DNA of 64,000 nucleotides from Eledone cirrhosa (lineage: Eukaryota), in contig OZ024758.1 of NCBI GenBank assembly GCA_964016885.1, forward strand, positions 21,762,001-21,826,000. The letters run 5' to 3'. The notes under the pieces are model-generated. The model searched no databases, was not told the DNA's origin, and saw nothing but the letters and a program-made list of their open reading frames with translations. Shown piece by piece: positions 1 through 12,559 of this stretch. Position 1 is the stretch's first letter; each line of letters starts with the position of its first letter. The position numbers were made by a program, and so were the translations under genes.

Positions 1-440
1 TATGTGCATATATATATACTATATATATGTATGTATAAGACAGGAGTGTCTAGGTTATATAGCTATGTTTATATGTGTATGGTCATCAGTGAGTGTGTAT
101 GTATATATGTGCATATATATATATACTATATATATGTATGTATAAGACAGGAGTGTCTAGGTTATATAGCTATGTTTATATGTGTATGGTCATCAGTGAG
201 TGTGTATGTATATATGTGCATATATATATACTATATATATGTATGTATAAGACAGGAGTGTCTAGGTTATATAGCTATGTTTATATTTGTATGGACATCA
301 GCGAGTGTGTGTGTGTATATATGTGCATATATATATACAATATATTTGTATATACACGACAGGAGTGTCTAGGTTATATAATTATGTTTATATTTGTATG
401 GACATCATTAGTATTATATGTTATACATGATACAGTCTAG
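1..440. repeat. ~106-bp tandem minisatellite, about 4 copies (runs off the window start)
   Basis: CAGGAGTGTCTAGGTTATATA recurs at 41, 148, 253 and 360. Confidence 0.9.
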
Positions 441-540
441 GTTTAGTTGCTTCAAGTCAATGTTGATTGTACACCTTATTGATGTAGACTAATTCAGTAA
501 AATCTGTATTACCCGCTATACAACTGTCTTAGCTAGCAAA

Positions 541-709
541 TAATTGTTTTTACTTTTGGCACAAGGCCAGCAATTAACCAGTGTATTACTGGCACTTTAT
601 TTTATCGACCCGTAAGTTAACCTTGACGGGATTTGAATTCAGAATGACAAGGGGCGTAACTCTATGCGTCAAAGCATGGCGTCCGACCCTCTACCGATAC
701 TGCCAATCT
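541..709 (-). mobile_element. tRNA-derived SINE (main family of this window)
   Basis: Reverse complement has A box TGGCAGTATCGG, B-box-like GAATTCAAATCC, central GGGTCGATAAAATAAAG and tail GGCCTTGTGCC..AAACAATTA shared with more than 25 copies. Confidence 0.85.
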
Positions 710-1227
710 AGCAAATAATGTATTGAAAGATGTGATTGAAAATTTCCATTGACAATAGAAGAAGTTATGTTCCATCTCCTCCTTAAACCATTTAAAGACG
801 TTTCTTCCATAGAAATTATTTTTAGCCTACTGTGGCTGTCCACTTTAATTCTTTAAAGGGATTATTATATCGGACGAGATATTCCTCAGCTGCATTTTCT
901 TGGTTTTACCAAATTTGCGTGTTGTTGTTGTTGTTGTTGTTTTGTGTTGTTTCGTTTTGTTTTGTTTTTTGTTTTTTTGTTTTGTTTTCTGCCGCTTCAT
1001 CTCATTTGTTTTCCTCCTTCTCTCTCTCTCTGTCGCTAATTCTCTCTCTCTCTCTCTCTCGCCTTCTAATTTTCTCTCTCACGCTCTCTGGCTCTAATTC
1101 TCTGCCTTTCTCTCTCTCTGTCTCTGGCTGTCTCTCTCTTTATCTCTTTCTCTCTCTCACGCCCTCTAATTCTCTCTGCCACTCTCTATGTCTCTCTCTC
1201 TCTCTCATCTCTTTTAATCTATTTCCC

Positions 1228-1276
<49 letters not shown>

Positions 1277-1352
1277 TACAGTTGATCATTCATTCCACCT
1301 TTTATCGCTTCATCTCATATTCATTTCTCCTTCCCTCTCTCTCTCTCTCTCA

Positions 1353-1395
<43 letters not shown>

Positions 1396-1706
1396 TCTCT
1401 CTCTCTCTCTCGCTCTCTCTCTCACACACACACACATATGGTGTGCTTCCTTCCATCTTTTATCTCTAGGTCTCATTTCAAGACCTTTCTAACGTATAAT
1501 GTTGACAGGTGTCTTCATTTCGGAATTTCATAATATTGAAATAATAATGATTCATATCAGAAATACAAAGCTTCAAATTATAGAAGAAAGACATGGAGCC
1601 GTTGGCATTTAGCTGGTATATAGATTATATTCTACCCTAGATTTGAACAGAGAACCTTGTCATATTAGAATATTAGAGTGTGACAAAACATATTAGATTC
1701 TCTTAG

Positions 1707-1798
<92 letters not shown>

Positions 1799-1800
<2 letters not shown>

Positions 1801-2098
1801 GTAAGAATATTTTCGAAACAGCGAGTGGGTTTGAAATTATTAGAAATGTAAGCTATCGCCGTATTTTGACTAAAGAAATTAAAGAAATTATTTAGCCTGA
1901 TAGTGGGGTTAAGAACCCTCGGAGAAATGGAAAAAGATGAGTATTGACGCACATACTCATCTTTTTCCATTTCTCCGAGGGTTCTTAACCCCACTATCAG
2001 GCTAAATAATTTCTTTAATTTCTTTAGTCAAAATACGGCGATAGCTTACATTTCTAATAATTTCAAACCCACTCGCTGTTTCGAAAATATTCTTACAT
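1799..2098. repeat. Perfect fold-back palindrome between (TA)n tracts
   Basis: Arms 1799-1944 and 1953-2098 (146 bp) are reverse complements around an 8-nt loop; no HHR core found. Confidence 0.92.
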
Positions 2099-2109
2099 AT
2101 ATATATATA

Positions 2110-2531
2110 TAATATAAGATCAAAAAATGGTTAAAAGAGTTCCAAGTATTTTATTATGCGCATTTCAAAAACAAATATCATCATAAGATGATATCTGCGT
2201 TTTCATCAGATAAAATAGGGATACATGATATGAAGGTTAAAAAACACTTGTGAATAGTGAAGTTTTAAATCAACATATATATGTTGATTTAAATGTTGAT
2301 TTAAAACTTCACTATTCACAAGTGTTTTTTAACCTTCATATCATGTATCCCTATTTTATCTGATGAAAACGCAGATATCATCTCATGATGATATTTGTTT
2401 TTGAAATGCGCATAATAAAATACTTGGAACTCTTTTAACCATCTTTTGATCTTATATTATTTATACTCCAGTCCTACAAACTGTAGAGTGTTACTTATCC
2501 GATATTTGCATTGCTTTATTGTGCTACAATA
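2110..2531. mobile_element. HHR hairpin element, family A (Penelope-type pLTR remnant)
   Basis: Inverted arms ~2110-2276 and ~2293-2459; right arm extends ~70 nt further; flanked by (TA)n; second copy at 25650-26060. Confidence 0.8.
2352..2422 (+). ncRNA. Type I hammerhead ribozyme (family A); mirror copy on - strand at 2147-2217
   Basis: TATTTTAT-CTGATGA-[16-bp stem II AAACGCAGATATCATC/GATGATATTTGTTTTT]-GAAA-TGCGCA-TA-ATAAAATA; perfect 8-bp stem I; palindromic stem III ATGCGCAT. Confidence 0.88.
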
Positions 2532-2558
2532 TATAAATATATATATATATATATATAT

Positions 2559-2972
2559 GCAAAAGTTCTATTTAAAGTTGTTGGGATACAACAAGTAAAT
2601 ATTTTTACAACTGATATAAAGCACTCGACAAGTTTTTGGAGTAGATATACGATATTAATAAATGGAAACTATATTTATAAAACCATATTTATTTGATTAT
2701 ACATATTTCAGGGATTCCACAATAAATTATGGTATGCCTTCATCAGACAAAATACAATATATAACAGTTTTACAAATAGCTTTGACGTACCCTTTTAAAA
2801 TACAACCATTACTTTTGGAGGCTGTCTGGATAGTCAAAGCTATTTGTAAAACTGTTATATATTGTATTTTGTCTGATGAAGGCATACCATAATTTAATGT
2901 GGTATCCCTGAAATATGTATAATGAAATAAATATGGTTTTATAAATATAGTTTCCATTTATTAATATCGTAT
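2559..2972. mobile_element. HHR hairpin element, family B
   Basis: Arms ~2647-2786 and ~2833-2972; left arm extends ~90 nt further to 2559; (TA)n on both sides. Confidence 0.8.
2865..2929 (+). ncRNA. Type I hammerhead ribozyme (family B); mirror copy on - strand at 2690-2754
   Basis: TATTTTGT-CTGATGA-AGGCATACCA..TGGTATCCCT-GAAA-TATGTA-TA-ATGAAATA. Confidence 0.85.
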
Positions 2973-2993
2973 ATATATATATATATATATATA

Positions 2994-3375
2994 TTGGTGT
3001 GATCCTGTCTAATATATATATATATATATATATATATTGGTGTGATCCTGTCTAATATATATATATATATATATATATATTGGTGTGATCCTGTCTAATA
3101 TATATATATATATATATATATTGGTGTGATCCTGTCTAATATATATATATATATATATATATATTGGTGTGATCCTGTCTAATATATATATATATATATA
3201 TATTGGTGTGATCCTGTCTAATATATATATATATATATATATATTGGTGTGATCCTGTCTAATATATATATATATATATATATATATTGGTGTGATCCTG
3301 TCTAATATATATATATATATATATATTGGTGTGATCCTGTCTAATATATATATATATTGGTGTGATCCTGTCTAA
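2994..3375. repeat. 10 copies of TTGGTGTGATCCTGTCTAA separated by variable (TA)n
   Basis: Units start at 2994, 3037, 3080, 3121, 3164, 3203, 3244, 3287, 3326, 3357. Confidence 0.95.
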
Positions 3376-3628
3376 AGATTTTGAAACCACTCCCCGTTTC
3401 CTAACACAAGTAAATCCATGAGGTATTGCACTTATGAAAATAAGACAGTTTTGTCTAAGTTTCTGGCAAAGAAAACTTGTGTGAAGATGTTTATAGAGTA
3501 TTATAAAGTCTTCATTTATCTCGAGATATGAGTTTCTGTATTTAAATATTTATTTGTGATTATATGCTTAAATTATCATTAAATGCATATGTATGCTCTT
3601 TCATGGGCGTTTCATAAGTTTTTAGGTA

Positions 3629-3661
<33 letters not shown>

Positions 3662-3753
3662 GTATATACATACATATATTATATAGATAGATAGTCAAAC
3701 CAATATATATATACACACACATATTTATACACAAATATATATATAGATATGCA

Positions 3754-3799
<46 letters not shown>

Positions 3800-3822
3800 T
3801 ATATACACACATACACATACAT

Positions 3823-3870
<48 letters not shown>

Positions 3871-4629
3871 TAAATATATGTGTGTGTCTGTGTGCATGTA
3901 TGTGTGTGTATTCCCAAATGCTGAGTCTTTCATTCATTTATTTATTTATTTTGGGCGATCTCACACGACCCATCGCTCTGAATAGCTGAATAATTGAAAA
4001 CCGAATAAATCTAACACGGCTGTGTGTCTGTAGATTCTTACCCTTACTTCTAATACGCTTTAAATAACATATTATTGCATCTTATCTTTGCATTTTCTTC
4101 CTTTGGGAGGGCTCATTGTGTATTTGTAAAATACTTCATAAAAAGATTTTAATGTAGCTAGCGACAAACAGTTGAACAGAAAGAGTCGTGTAGATAGAGA
4201 GACAAATAGGGAAATGGAGAAACGGAAAGAACCTCCTAGAATAAATGTTTTTTTGTTGTTGTTTTCATTTTTATTTTTATTTTTTTTGTTTTTATTCCAT
4301 TTGTCACAACACCATAAATAGTTTTATTCAATATGTTGCAATATAAATAACTTCATTGAAAATCTCTTACCACGTATATTCTCTCAGGGTGGTTATTATG
4401 AGGCAACTTCGAAATATTCCAATAGAAATTATTAGAAACTCTATTGCAGAGCAGAAAAAAATATAAAAACAAACCCCCCAAACAAAATAATAACAATCAG
4501 CAAACAATACATTTTTACTAAAATATATATAAACAGAGAGTAACTTTAATGAAAAAACATCGCCATTATGAATTCTGTCCAGAGACTTTGGTAAAATGTA
4601 GAATTATTAGTAAAAAAAAAAACATCAGC

Positions 4630-4668
<39 letters not shown>

Positions 4669-5059
4669 TGATGATGATGATGATGCTAATGAAAATAATA
4701 ATACAATGTTATGATTTAGTGAAAACTAAATTATTATGTGAGCACACACGCAAGTTGGTTTGTGTGAATACAAAATAGAATGCGAAGAATTTGATGAGAA
4801 AATAAGTAGAATAAGAGTTATAGAGAAGTAAAAGCAAGAAAAGGACAAACAAGAGAAAGATAGGAATAAATAATTAAGGTAAATAAAATATAGAAGAATG
4901 AAACCTAAGGAAGAAGTACATAAAACTATGTCTGCAATGGCGATAAAAGTAACTTTACCTGTAAATATCGGTTAATAGAATTAGCTGAATAGTTTTCGAA
5001 TATCAGACAGTGAACTTTTATTTCCTGAATCAAAGTTCTTACGAGTCTATATAAAGAGA

Positions 5060-5340
5060 AGGCCAGTCTATTGCAGGGTTAAAATTTCGGATATTGCTGG
5101 TAGCCATGTTTTCCTCTGCGTGTACTGGAGCAACTTGAAAGGAAGTGTTGTGAAGACAACACACAAGCCAGTCCAGGAATCGAACCCATGATATTATAAT
5201 TTTAAATCCAACAAACTTACCACTGGGGTGACGTGAATGAAGTGTTTTGGTCAAGAATACAACACACATCCCAGTCCAGGAATCGAACCGACGACATTAT
5301 GATCGTAAGTCCAACACACTTACCACTAGGCCACGCTTAG
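5060..5340 (-). mobile_element. Second tRNA-derived SINE family (other copies ~14470-14590 -, ~24860-24950 +, 43838-43970 +, ~62690-62940 -)
   Basis: Family head GGCGCATGGCTTAGTGGTTAG..GAGTTCAATTC (clearest at 43838) followed by shared CTTGAGCAAGACACTT..TTGCTCCAG body. Confidence 0.7.
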
Positions 5341-5834
5341 GCTCCATTGATCGATCTGAGACTATGATAAATGACATTTGCAGTTGGATCATGACGCCCC
5401 GCAGTGGATCGAAACTGAAACGCAATAATTGCAAACCGAACATCTTAACAATTCGGCCAAGATCCATCCATTTTTTTTCATCAATGTACATATTTTACTT
5501 CAAGGGATTTTATGGCAATTAATCTGTATTTTCATCCTGACACTTTCTGTGCTAATAATCACTCCTCGGTTTGCAATGATGTACATATATTCCCATACAT
5601 GGCATACTCTGCAGTTTACACCAATTTAATGTGAAGCTAATTTAATCTTATTTTTATTTCTCCGCTGGCAAAAATCTTAAAGATTTCGTTTGTGAGGATT
5701 ATACGGATATGATAATCCATAACAACAGAATATGCAAAATTGACACAGGCTTGAGAATATAAATAGCTTCTTCTTCTTCTTCTTCGTATTCGTCTTCGTC
5801 TTCGTCTTCGACTAGTTATTTCTGAGAGAGTTGT

Positions 5835-5970
5835 GGGGTCAAAGTCATCAAACACTCCTTGCAGCGGGTCCTGTCAGAAGCAACCGTCTCCAACTGATCC
5901 GGCTGGATCCCCAAGTTAGACCAGCCTAGCTCATGAATGTTAACCAACCATCTTCCTCGTGGGGTCTCAA
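5835..5970 (-). mobile_element. RTE-type LINE 3' fragment (similar copy ~61950-62065 -)
   Basis: Reverse complement resembles 53270-53420 (GATGGTTGG..GAGCT..CTTGGGGATCCAGCCGGAT..GTTGCTT). Confidence 0.55.
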
Positions 5971-6482
5971 ACAATTCTTCTCAAACACACATACATTTAC
6001 AGAAAGACACACATACACATACACATAGACATACACTCACACACAGCGTAGCAAATGGACGCCAGCTGCTGTTTTGCAATAGTCTTTTCACCATCCCCTT
6101 CCTTCTTTTTACACACACATACATTCACACAAACACACACATTGTGGGACAGATGGAAGTCGCTCAAATTTATATATAGATTATTGATACTTTGTGTAAC
6201 TAGGCTCTTAGAATAATTGTACTTTGCACTATCTCCCTGCGTGTCATAAGGGGTGACTAAAAGGGTTGGCGTCAAGGCGTATAGCTCTGCTATTATAAAA
6301 ACAAAAGCCTGTTCCAAACCGTGTCAGCATAGTGTAAAACCGATGATGATGATGACAACTGATCTGTTTATACCTGCAGGGAATAATTATTCCTATTTTC
6401 AAGATGTCTAATGATGTGGTATCAGATTGATGGCTCTTCAGAAATAAGCATTAAAAAATTGATAAATATATAAATAATATAA

Positions 6483-6873
6483 ATAATTGTTTCTACGTTT
6501 GGCTCAAGGCCAGCAATTATCCCAGTGTATTACTGGTACTTTATTTTACCGACCCCGTAAAGATGAAAGGCATAGTTAACCTCGGCAGGATTTGAACTCA
6601 GATCATAAAAGGCCGTAACTCTATGCTGCAAATAATGGTGTCCGCCCCTCTACCGATACTGCCAATCCACCGCCTACTGCCATGTAAATAATTGTTTCTA
6701 CTTCAGGCACAAGGCCAGCAAATACCCAGTGCATTACTGGTACTTTATTCTATCGACCCCGCAAGGATGAAAGGCAAAGTCAACCTCGGCGGGATTTGAA
6801 CTCAGATCATAAAGGGACGTAACTATGCTGGAAAGCACGGCGTCCGACCCTCCACCGATACTGGCAATCCACC
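6483..6873 (-). mobile_element. Two tandem main-family SINEs
   Basis: Full copies at ~6483-6674 and ~6688-6873 with A/B boxes and shared body. Confidence 0.88.
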
Positions 6874-7501
6874 ATGTAAATATTATACATAATATAGACT
6901 TCATTAATGTCCAGTTAGTTACCCGTAGGGTTCATTCAGTAGAATAAGGATGTTGTCTATTTCTACAAAGAGAAACTGATTTTATGTTCAATAAAAACAG
7001 ATGCTTTTGCTACTTATGAAATTGAGATCTGAAGCTAGAAGTTGACAACAGTCAAATAATCGATTAAGGACGAAATAAAATAAAGACGTTGGCAAAACTA
7101 TCCTGGAAGCACTTAACGTCTAAGAAGTGACCATTGAGTCATACTTTGTATCAATATCTTTATGGTTAATACTTGGACTGCACTGTCTTCTCATATAACC
7201 AACCAGACAGATAAATCACTTTTGCTTTATTCAAAAGTATATTACAAATAATTTTTTAAAGAAACCAACGAGAAGATATATAGATTACAATGAGTCCGAG
7301 GTAGCACATCTTAATGACTTTTTCAATGGCGCAGTCATTGTCGTTTGCTGTTACTGTTACCTATTTCTCGATAGCAATTCAATGCAACATCGATTCAATA
7401 TATTATCAATAAGTTTCTTCTCGCAACAACACGTACACCTATGGCTACTGACACATACGTTCAGACACGCGCACACACACACAGACACACACACACACAT
7501 G

Positions 7502-7533
<32 letters not shown>

Positions 7534-7652
7534 CATACATGTGTGTGTCTTTATATAGAGAGAGAAAGAGAGAGAAAGTGTGAGATACATATATACATGT
7601 CTGTATGTATGTATATATATATATATATATATATTTATATAGACAGAGAGAC

Positions 7653-7768
<116 letters not shown>

Positions 7769-8675
7769 TACATATATACATGTCTGTATGTATATATATA
7801 TATATATATATATTTATATAGACAGAGAGACATTTATATATGTATATATATAATATATATATGTGTGTGGGGGGTACGTAGGGAGATAGATGGATAGATA
7901 GATAGATAGATAGATAGATAGGTTTATGGCTTTGAAATTCTCAATACTGAATAGTGCTGGACATTACTTATACGTTGAAAGATATTGTAGCTTACACATT
8001 TCTTTTAATTACGTTAGCAGCAATACAAATAAAACCGTGTGAATAATTTCGTTCGGTATCACAGATGGTAATTGAGGAATTCATTGTTACTTTATGACAA
8101 TATATTTGGCTGCTTATTCTAACAGTTATCGTAAATGTTGAGTTAAGTCAGCTAAAAAGTGAAAATTATATGAAAACGGAGATATATTTATATGGAACTA
8201 ACTAACCTAATATACGAACAAGAGAGAAGAAGAATAGAGTTTTAAAATGCATTAAGCCTGAGAGTTTTCTTAAAAGAAGGGAAAAAGGTCTGGAAAGTTT
8301 GAATGTATGTCTTCTAAAATGTATTAGCGACATAAGTAATGGCGCCAGTGATGAATCGAAACCCAATTGCAACTTCGATTTCCCTATAATATCTCGTTTC
8401 ATTCTAGGTATATAGGAATATAAATAACAACGCACTCACGCAAATATGTTTATCTCGGAATTTAGCAACCATTTTTTTTATCTTTTTTTTTTCTTATTTA
8501 TTCACTGCTATTAGCTGTTCTAAGCGTTGTACAAGAGAGGTGGGTGGAGGAAAGAGAGAGAGGGAGAGAGAGCAAAACAAGAGTGAGTGAGATAAAGAAA
8601 GAGGCAAGGGAGAAAGAGCGGGTGAGAGACATTGAGAGAGAGAGAAAGACAAATATAATATATATATAAAGGCAA

Positions 8676-8748
<73 letters not shown>

Positions 8749-8753
<5 letters not shown>

Positions 8754-9194
8754 TATCCACGGTAAGGTGTGGGGTCTATTCTGCATGAAGAACTCAATGT
8801 AATCCATATGTTGAAAATGTTCTAGGTTAAGATAAATCCCGGAAAACAATACAACATTAAAATATCAAGTCATTAGAGATATACTTCACTGCTTTACGAT
8901 CGTTTCTAGATGATGATAATACATTGTAACTATACTTCGTCATTGATCTATGTAAGGTTAGTTACAAAATATCAGATAAAGAGAATATTTACTTACATGC
9001 ATATCACAAAGCAATGTGGTGATATGCATGTGTGATATGCATGTAAGTAAATATTCTCTGTATCTGATATTTTGTAACTAACCTTACATATATCAATAAC
9101 GAAGCATAGCTACAATGTATTATCATCATCTAGAAACGATCGTAAAGCAGTGAAGTATATTTCTAATGATTTGATTTTTATTTCATTGTTTTAA

Positions 9195-9197
<3 letters not shown>
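8749..9197. mobile_element. Asymmetric fold-back element between (TA)n, partial HHR-like motif
   Basis: Arms ~8858-9008 and ~9031-9180; left side ~100 nt longer; GAAA-CGATCG-TA (palindromic ACGATCGT) in each arm, but no CTGANGA. Confidence 0.65.
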
Positions 9198-9230
<33 letters not shown>

Positions 9231-9493
9231 GAGGGGGCGACGGAGACGGGCAGACAGAGAGAGGTGGTAGATTTGCAGAGTTGTTACTGTTTTAGATATT
9301 TGTTTCAAGTCTCTACCATCTAGGTTTACTATGTATTTCACCATTTTTTGCGCATGAAGGGGCCCCACAAACCTGAAGTGCCGCCTACACCAAGATCTAA
9401 ATCCAACTCTGAACGCAACGACATATGTTTATATTATTTGTTTGGAAAGGCATTACCATAAGCGTGTTTACTGACGCAGTATTTTCCTAAAAA

Positions 9494-9685
9494 GAGCGAT
9501 GGATTGGCAGTATCGGTAGAGGGCCGGACGCCATGCTTTGCCGCATAGTTACGGCCCCTTACGGTCTGAGTTCAAATCCCACCGAGGTTAACTTTGCCTT
9601 TCATCCTTACGGGGTCGATAAAATAAAGTACCAGTAATACACTGGGATAATTGCTGGCCTTGTGTCAACAGTAGAAACAATTATT
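9494..9685 (+). mobile_element. Main-family SINE
   Basis: TGGCAGTATCGG A box, GAGTTCAAATCC B box, GCCTTTCATCCTTACGGGGTCGATAAA body. Confidence 0.88.
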
Positions 9686-10240
9686 TTCCTTAGAGATATT
9701 CGTAGAATTAGTCCAGTTGATAAAATTCTGGAGTCTGTAACACAAGATGTAATGGTATTGGTTTAGTTAGAATACAGTTCTTATCACAAGTAGTTTCCTT
9801 GGAGGAGAAATGAAAGTTATCAGTGTAAGCCAACATTACACGTATCAATTCTTTACAATACTAACTCTTCCAATAGTGACAGAGTATAAAGCCCTACCCC
9901 ACCACATGACATATGCTTAAAGATACGTGGATTTCTCGATTATTAAGAAACAAAACTTGTAACGAGATACGAACAAACTCTTCAGGTAATTTTCCGATAT
10001 AGAATTTTCTCGAAATTCCACGGCTGTTAAGAACAAGATATGACATAGCAGGGAATAATCTTTCTAAAGTTCTTCCTTATTCTGTGTTTTACTACGCCAA
10101 GGCTCTCTACCTTTGAAAACTTTTGCTTGCATTCTCTATAGTCTCTCATTGTCAGCTCTACTGAATTCACAGTCCATATCCTGTTGACGCCGCTGTGCTG
10201 TATTCATGACAAATACACTCAAAAGCTCCATGCTATAGAT

Positions 10241-10415
10241 AAGGCATGTCAAACATGCAGTCTGCAGCCAGCACAAACGTTTTTACAGCGCGAGCCTAAT
10301 ATAAAATAAAAAAATATTAGTTGTAATGTGCGCAATTAGTTGTTATGTGTGTCCCTCAGACAACACATATGTGACCCATATGGCCCTCGGGGGGCCCCTC
10401 AGTTTGACATGCCTG
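10241..10415. mobile_element. Non-autonomous hAT (Charlie-like) MITE
   Basis: TIRs AGGCATGTCAAAC / GTTTGACATGCCTG; flanking 8-mers CTATAGAT / TTATAGAC (6/8 match, NTNTAGAN-type). Confidence 0.7.
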
Positions 10416-10416
10416 T

Positions 10417-12160
10417 TATAGACCACTATCTGTTTTGCTATCTTTCCTTTAAATCATATCATAAAACTGGTCTCTGTTAGACTGCATAAATCTCATGATA
10501 TAGACCACTATCTGTAAATAAGTGATATTTGTAAGTGAAGTTTAACGATATCAACAACTGCAACGAGATCACTTTATCACTGGCGTTTATTTTGATATCT
10601 GTTGATATCTTTCCTTTAAATTATACCCTAAAACTGGTCTCTGTAAGACTGCACAAATCCCATAATATAATACTATAGACTACTATCTGTAAATAAGTGA
10701 TATTTGTTAGTGAGGTTTAACGATATCAATAGCGACAATGAGATCACTTTATCATTGATGATTGTTTTGATCATTTTTTTATATCTTTCCTTTAAATTAT
10801 ACCCTAAAACGGGTCTCTGGAAGATTGCACAAACCCCATGATATAGACCACTATCTGTAAATAAATGGTATTTGTTAGTGAGGTTTAACGATATCAACAG
10901 CAACAACGAATTCACTTTATCATTGATAATTGTTTTGAAATCTTTAGATATCTTTCCTTTAAATCCTACCCTAAAACGGGTCTCTGGAAGACTGCACAAA
11001 CCCCATGATATAGACCACTATCTGTAAATAAATGGTATTTGTTAGTGAGGTTTAACGATATCAACAGCAACAACGAGTTCACTTTATCATTGATAATTGT
11101 TTTGAAATCTTTAGATATCATTCCTTTAAATCCTACCCTAAAACGGGTCTCTGGAAGACTGCACAAACCCCATGACATAGACCAATATCTGTAAATAAAT
11201 GGTATTTGTTAGTGGGTTTTAACGATATCAACAGCAACAACGAGTTCACTTTATCATTGATAATTGTTTTGATATCTTTTGATATCTTTCCTTTAAATCC
11301 TACCCTAAAACGGGTCTCTGGAAGACTGCACAAACCCCATGATATAGACCACTATCTGTAAATAAATGGTATTTGTTAGTGAGGTTTAACGATATCAACA
11401 GCAACAACGAGTTCACTTTATCATTGATAATTGTTTTGAAATCTTTAGATATCTTTCCTTTAAATCCTACCCTAAAACGGGTCTCTGGAAGACTGCACAA
11501 ACCCCATGATATAGACCACTATCTGTAAATAAATGGTATTTGTTAGTGGGGTTTAACGATATCAACAGCAACAACGAATTCACTTTATCATTGATAATTG
11601 TTTTGAAATCTTTAGATATCTTTCCTTTAAATCCTACCCTAAAACGGGTCTCTGGAAGACTGCACAAACCCCATGATATAGACCACTATCTGTAAATAAA
11701 TGGTATTTGTTAGTGGGTTTTAACGATATCAACAGCAACAACGAGTTCACTTTCTCATTGATAATTGTTTTGATATCTTTTGATATCTTTCCTTTAAATC
11801 CTACCCTAAAACGGGTCTCTGGAAGACTGCACAAACCCCATGATATAGACCACTATCTGTAAATAAATGGTATTTGTTAGTGGGTTTTAACGATATCAAC
11901 AGCAACAACGAGTTCACTTTCTCATTGATAATTGTTTTGATATCTTTTGATATCTTTCCTTTAAATCCTACCCTAAAACGGGTCTCTGGAAGACTGCACA
12001 AACCCCATGATATAGACCACTATCTGTAAATAAATGGTATTTGTTAGTGGGGTTTAACGATGTCAACAGCAGCAACAAGATTACTCTATCACTGGTGATT
12101 GTTATGATATCTCTTGATATCTTTCCTTTAAATCATACCATAAAACTGTCTCTGTTAGAC
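10417..12160. repeat. 167-bp tandem satellite, ~10 copies
   Basis: Repeated ORFs spaced exactly 167 bp apart (11133, 11300, 11467, 11634, 11801); homogeneous centre, diverged edges. Confidence 0.95.
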
Positions 12161-12559
12161 TAACATGCCTCTAGCAACACCTCATGAAGATGAACTTTTC
12201 GGTCGTTATCAAACGATCCAATAGGTTATGTCAGTTGCACTTTGTATGAACACAAAGAAACCATAAAAGAGAACTGCTTCAAGATATTGTCACATATAAA
12301 TGACCAAAGTCTTTTAATTTACCAAAAGCCAGTAAAACTTAATATGATGGCCGCCATAATGATAAATATTATCCATCATGATCATTGCAATTATAGTAAT
12401 TAATATTTGTTTTATATTATTATTAACCATCGTCATCATCATGTCATCGTCGTCGTTGTCGTCATCATCATGTCATCGTCGTCGTTGTCGTCATCAGAAG
12501 AAGAATTAGCACCACAGCAATGATTCAGACTTTTCTTAATGTTTCAGATGATTTTTTTG

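Noticed and set aside
1897-1930. CTGATAG..hairpin..GAGAAA in the perfect palindrome as an HHR
   Set aside because: Core deviates from CTGANGA/GAAA and no stem I or stem III can be formed.
2994-3375. CRISPR-like repeat/spacer appearance
   Set aside because: Spacers are only (TA)n, there are no cas genes, and the context is eukaryotic.
9494-9590. SINE heads as genuine tRNA genes
   Set aside because: A/B boxes are present but no full cloverleaf was seen, and they are always fused to the SINE body.
10673-12001. Repeated 66-aa ORFs (and the 68-71 aa ORFs at 52002-53184)
   Set aside because: By-products of satellites whose periods (167 and 122) are not multiples of 3.
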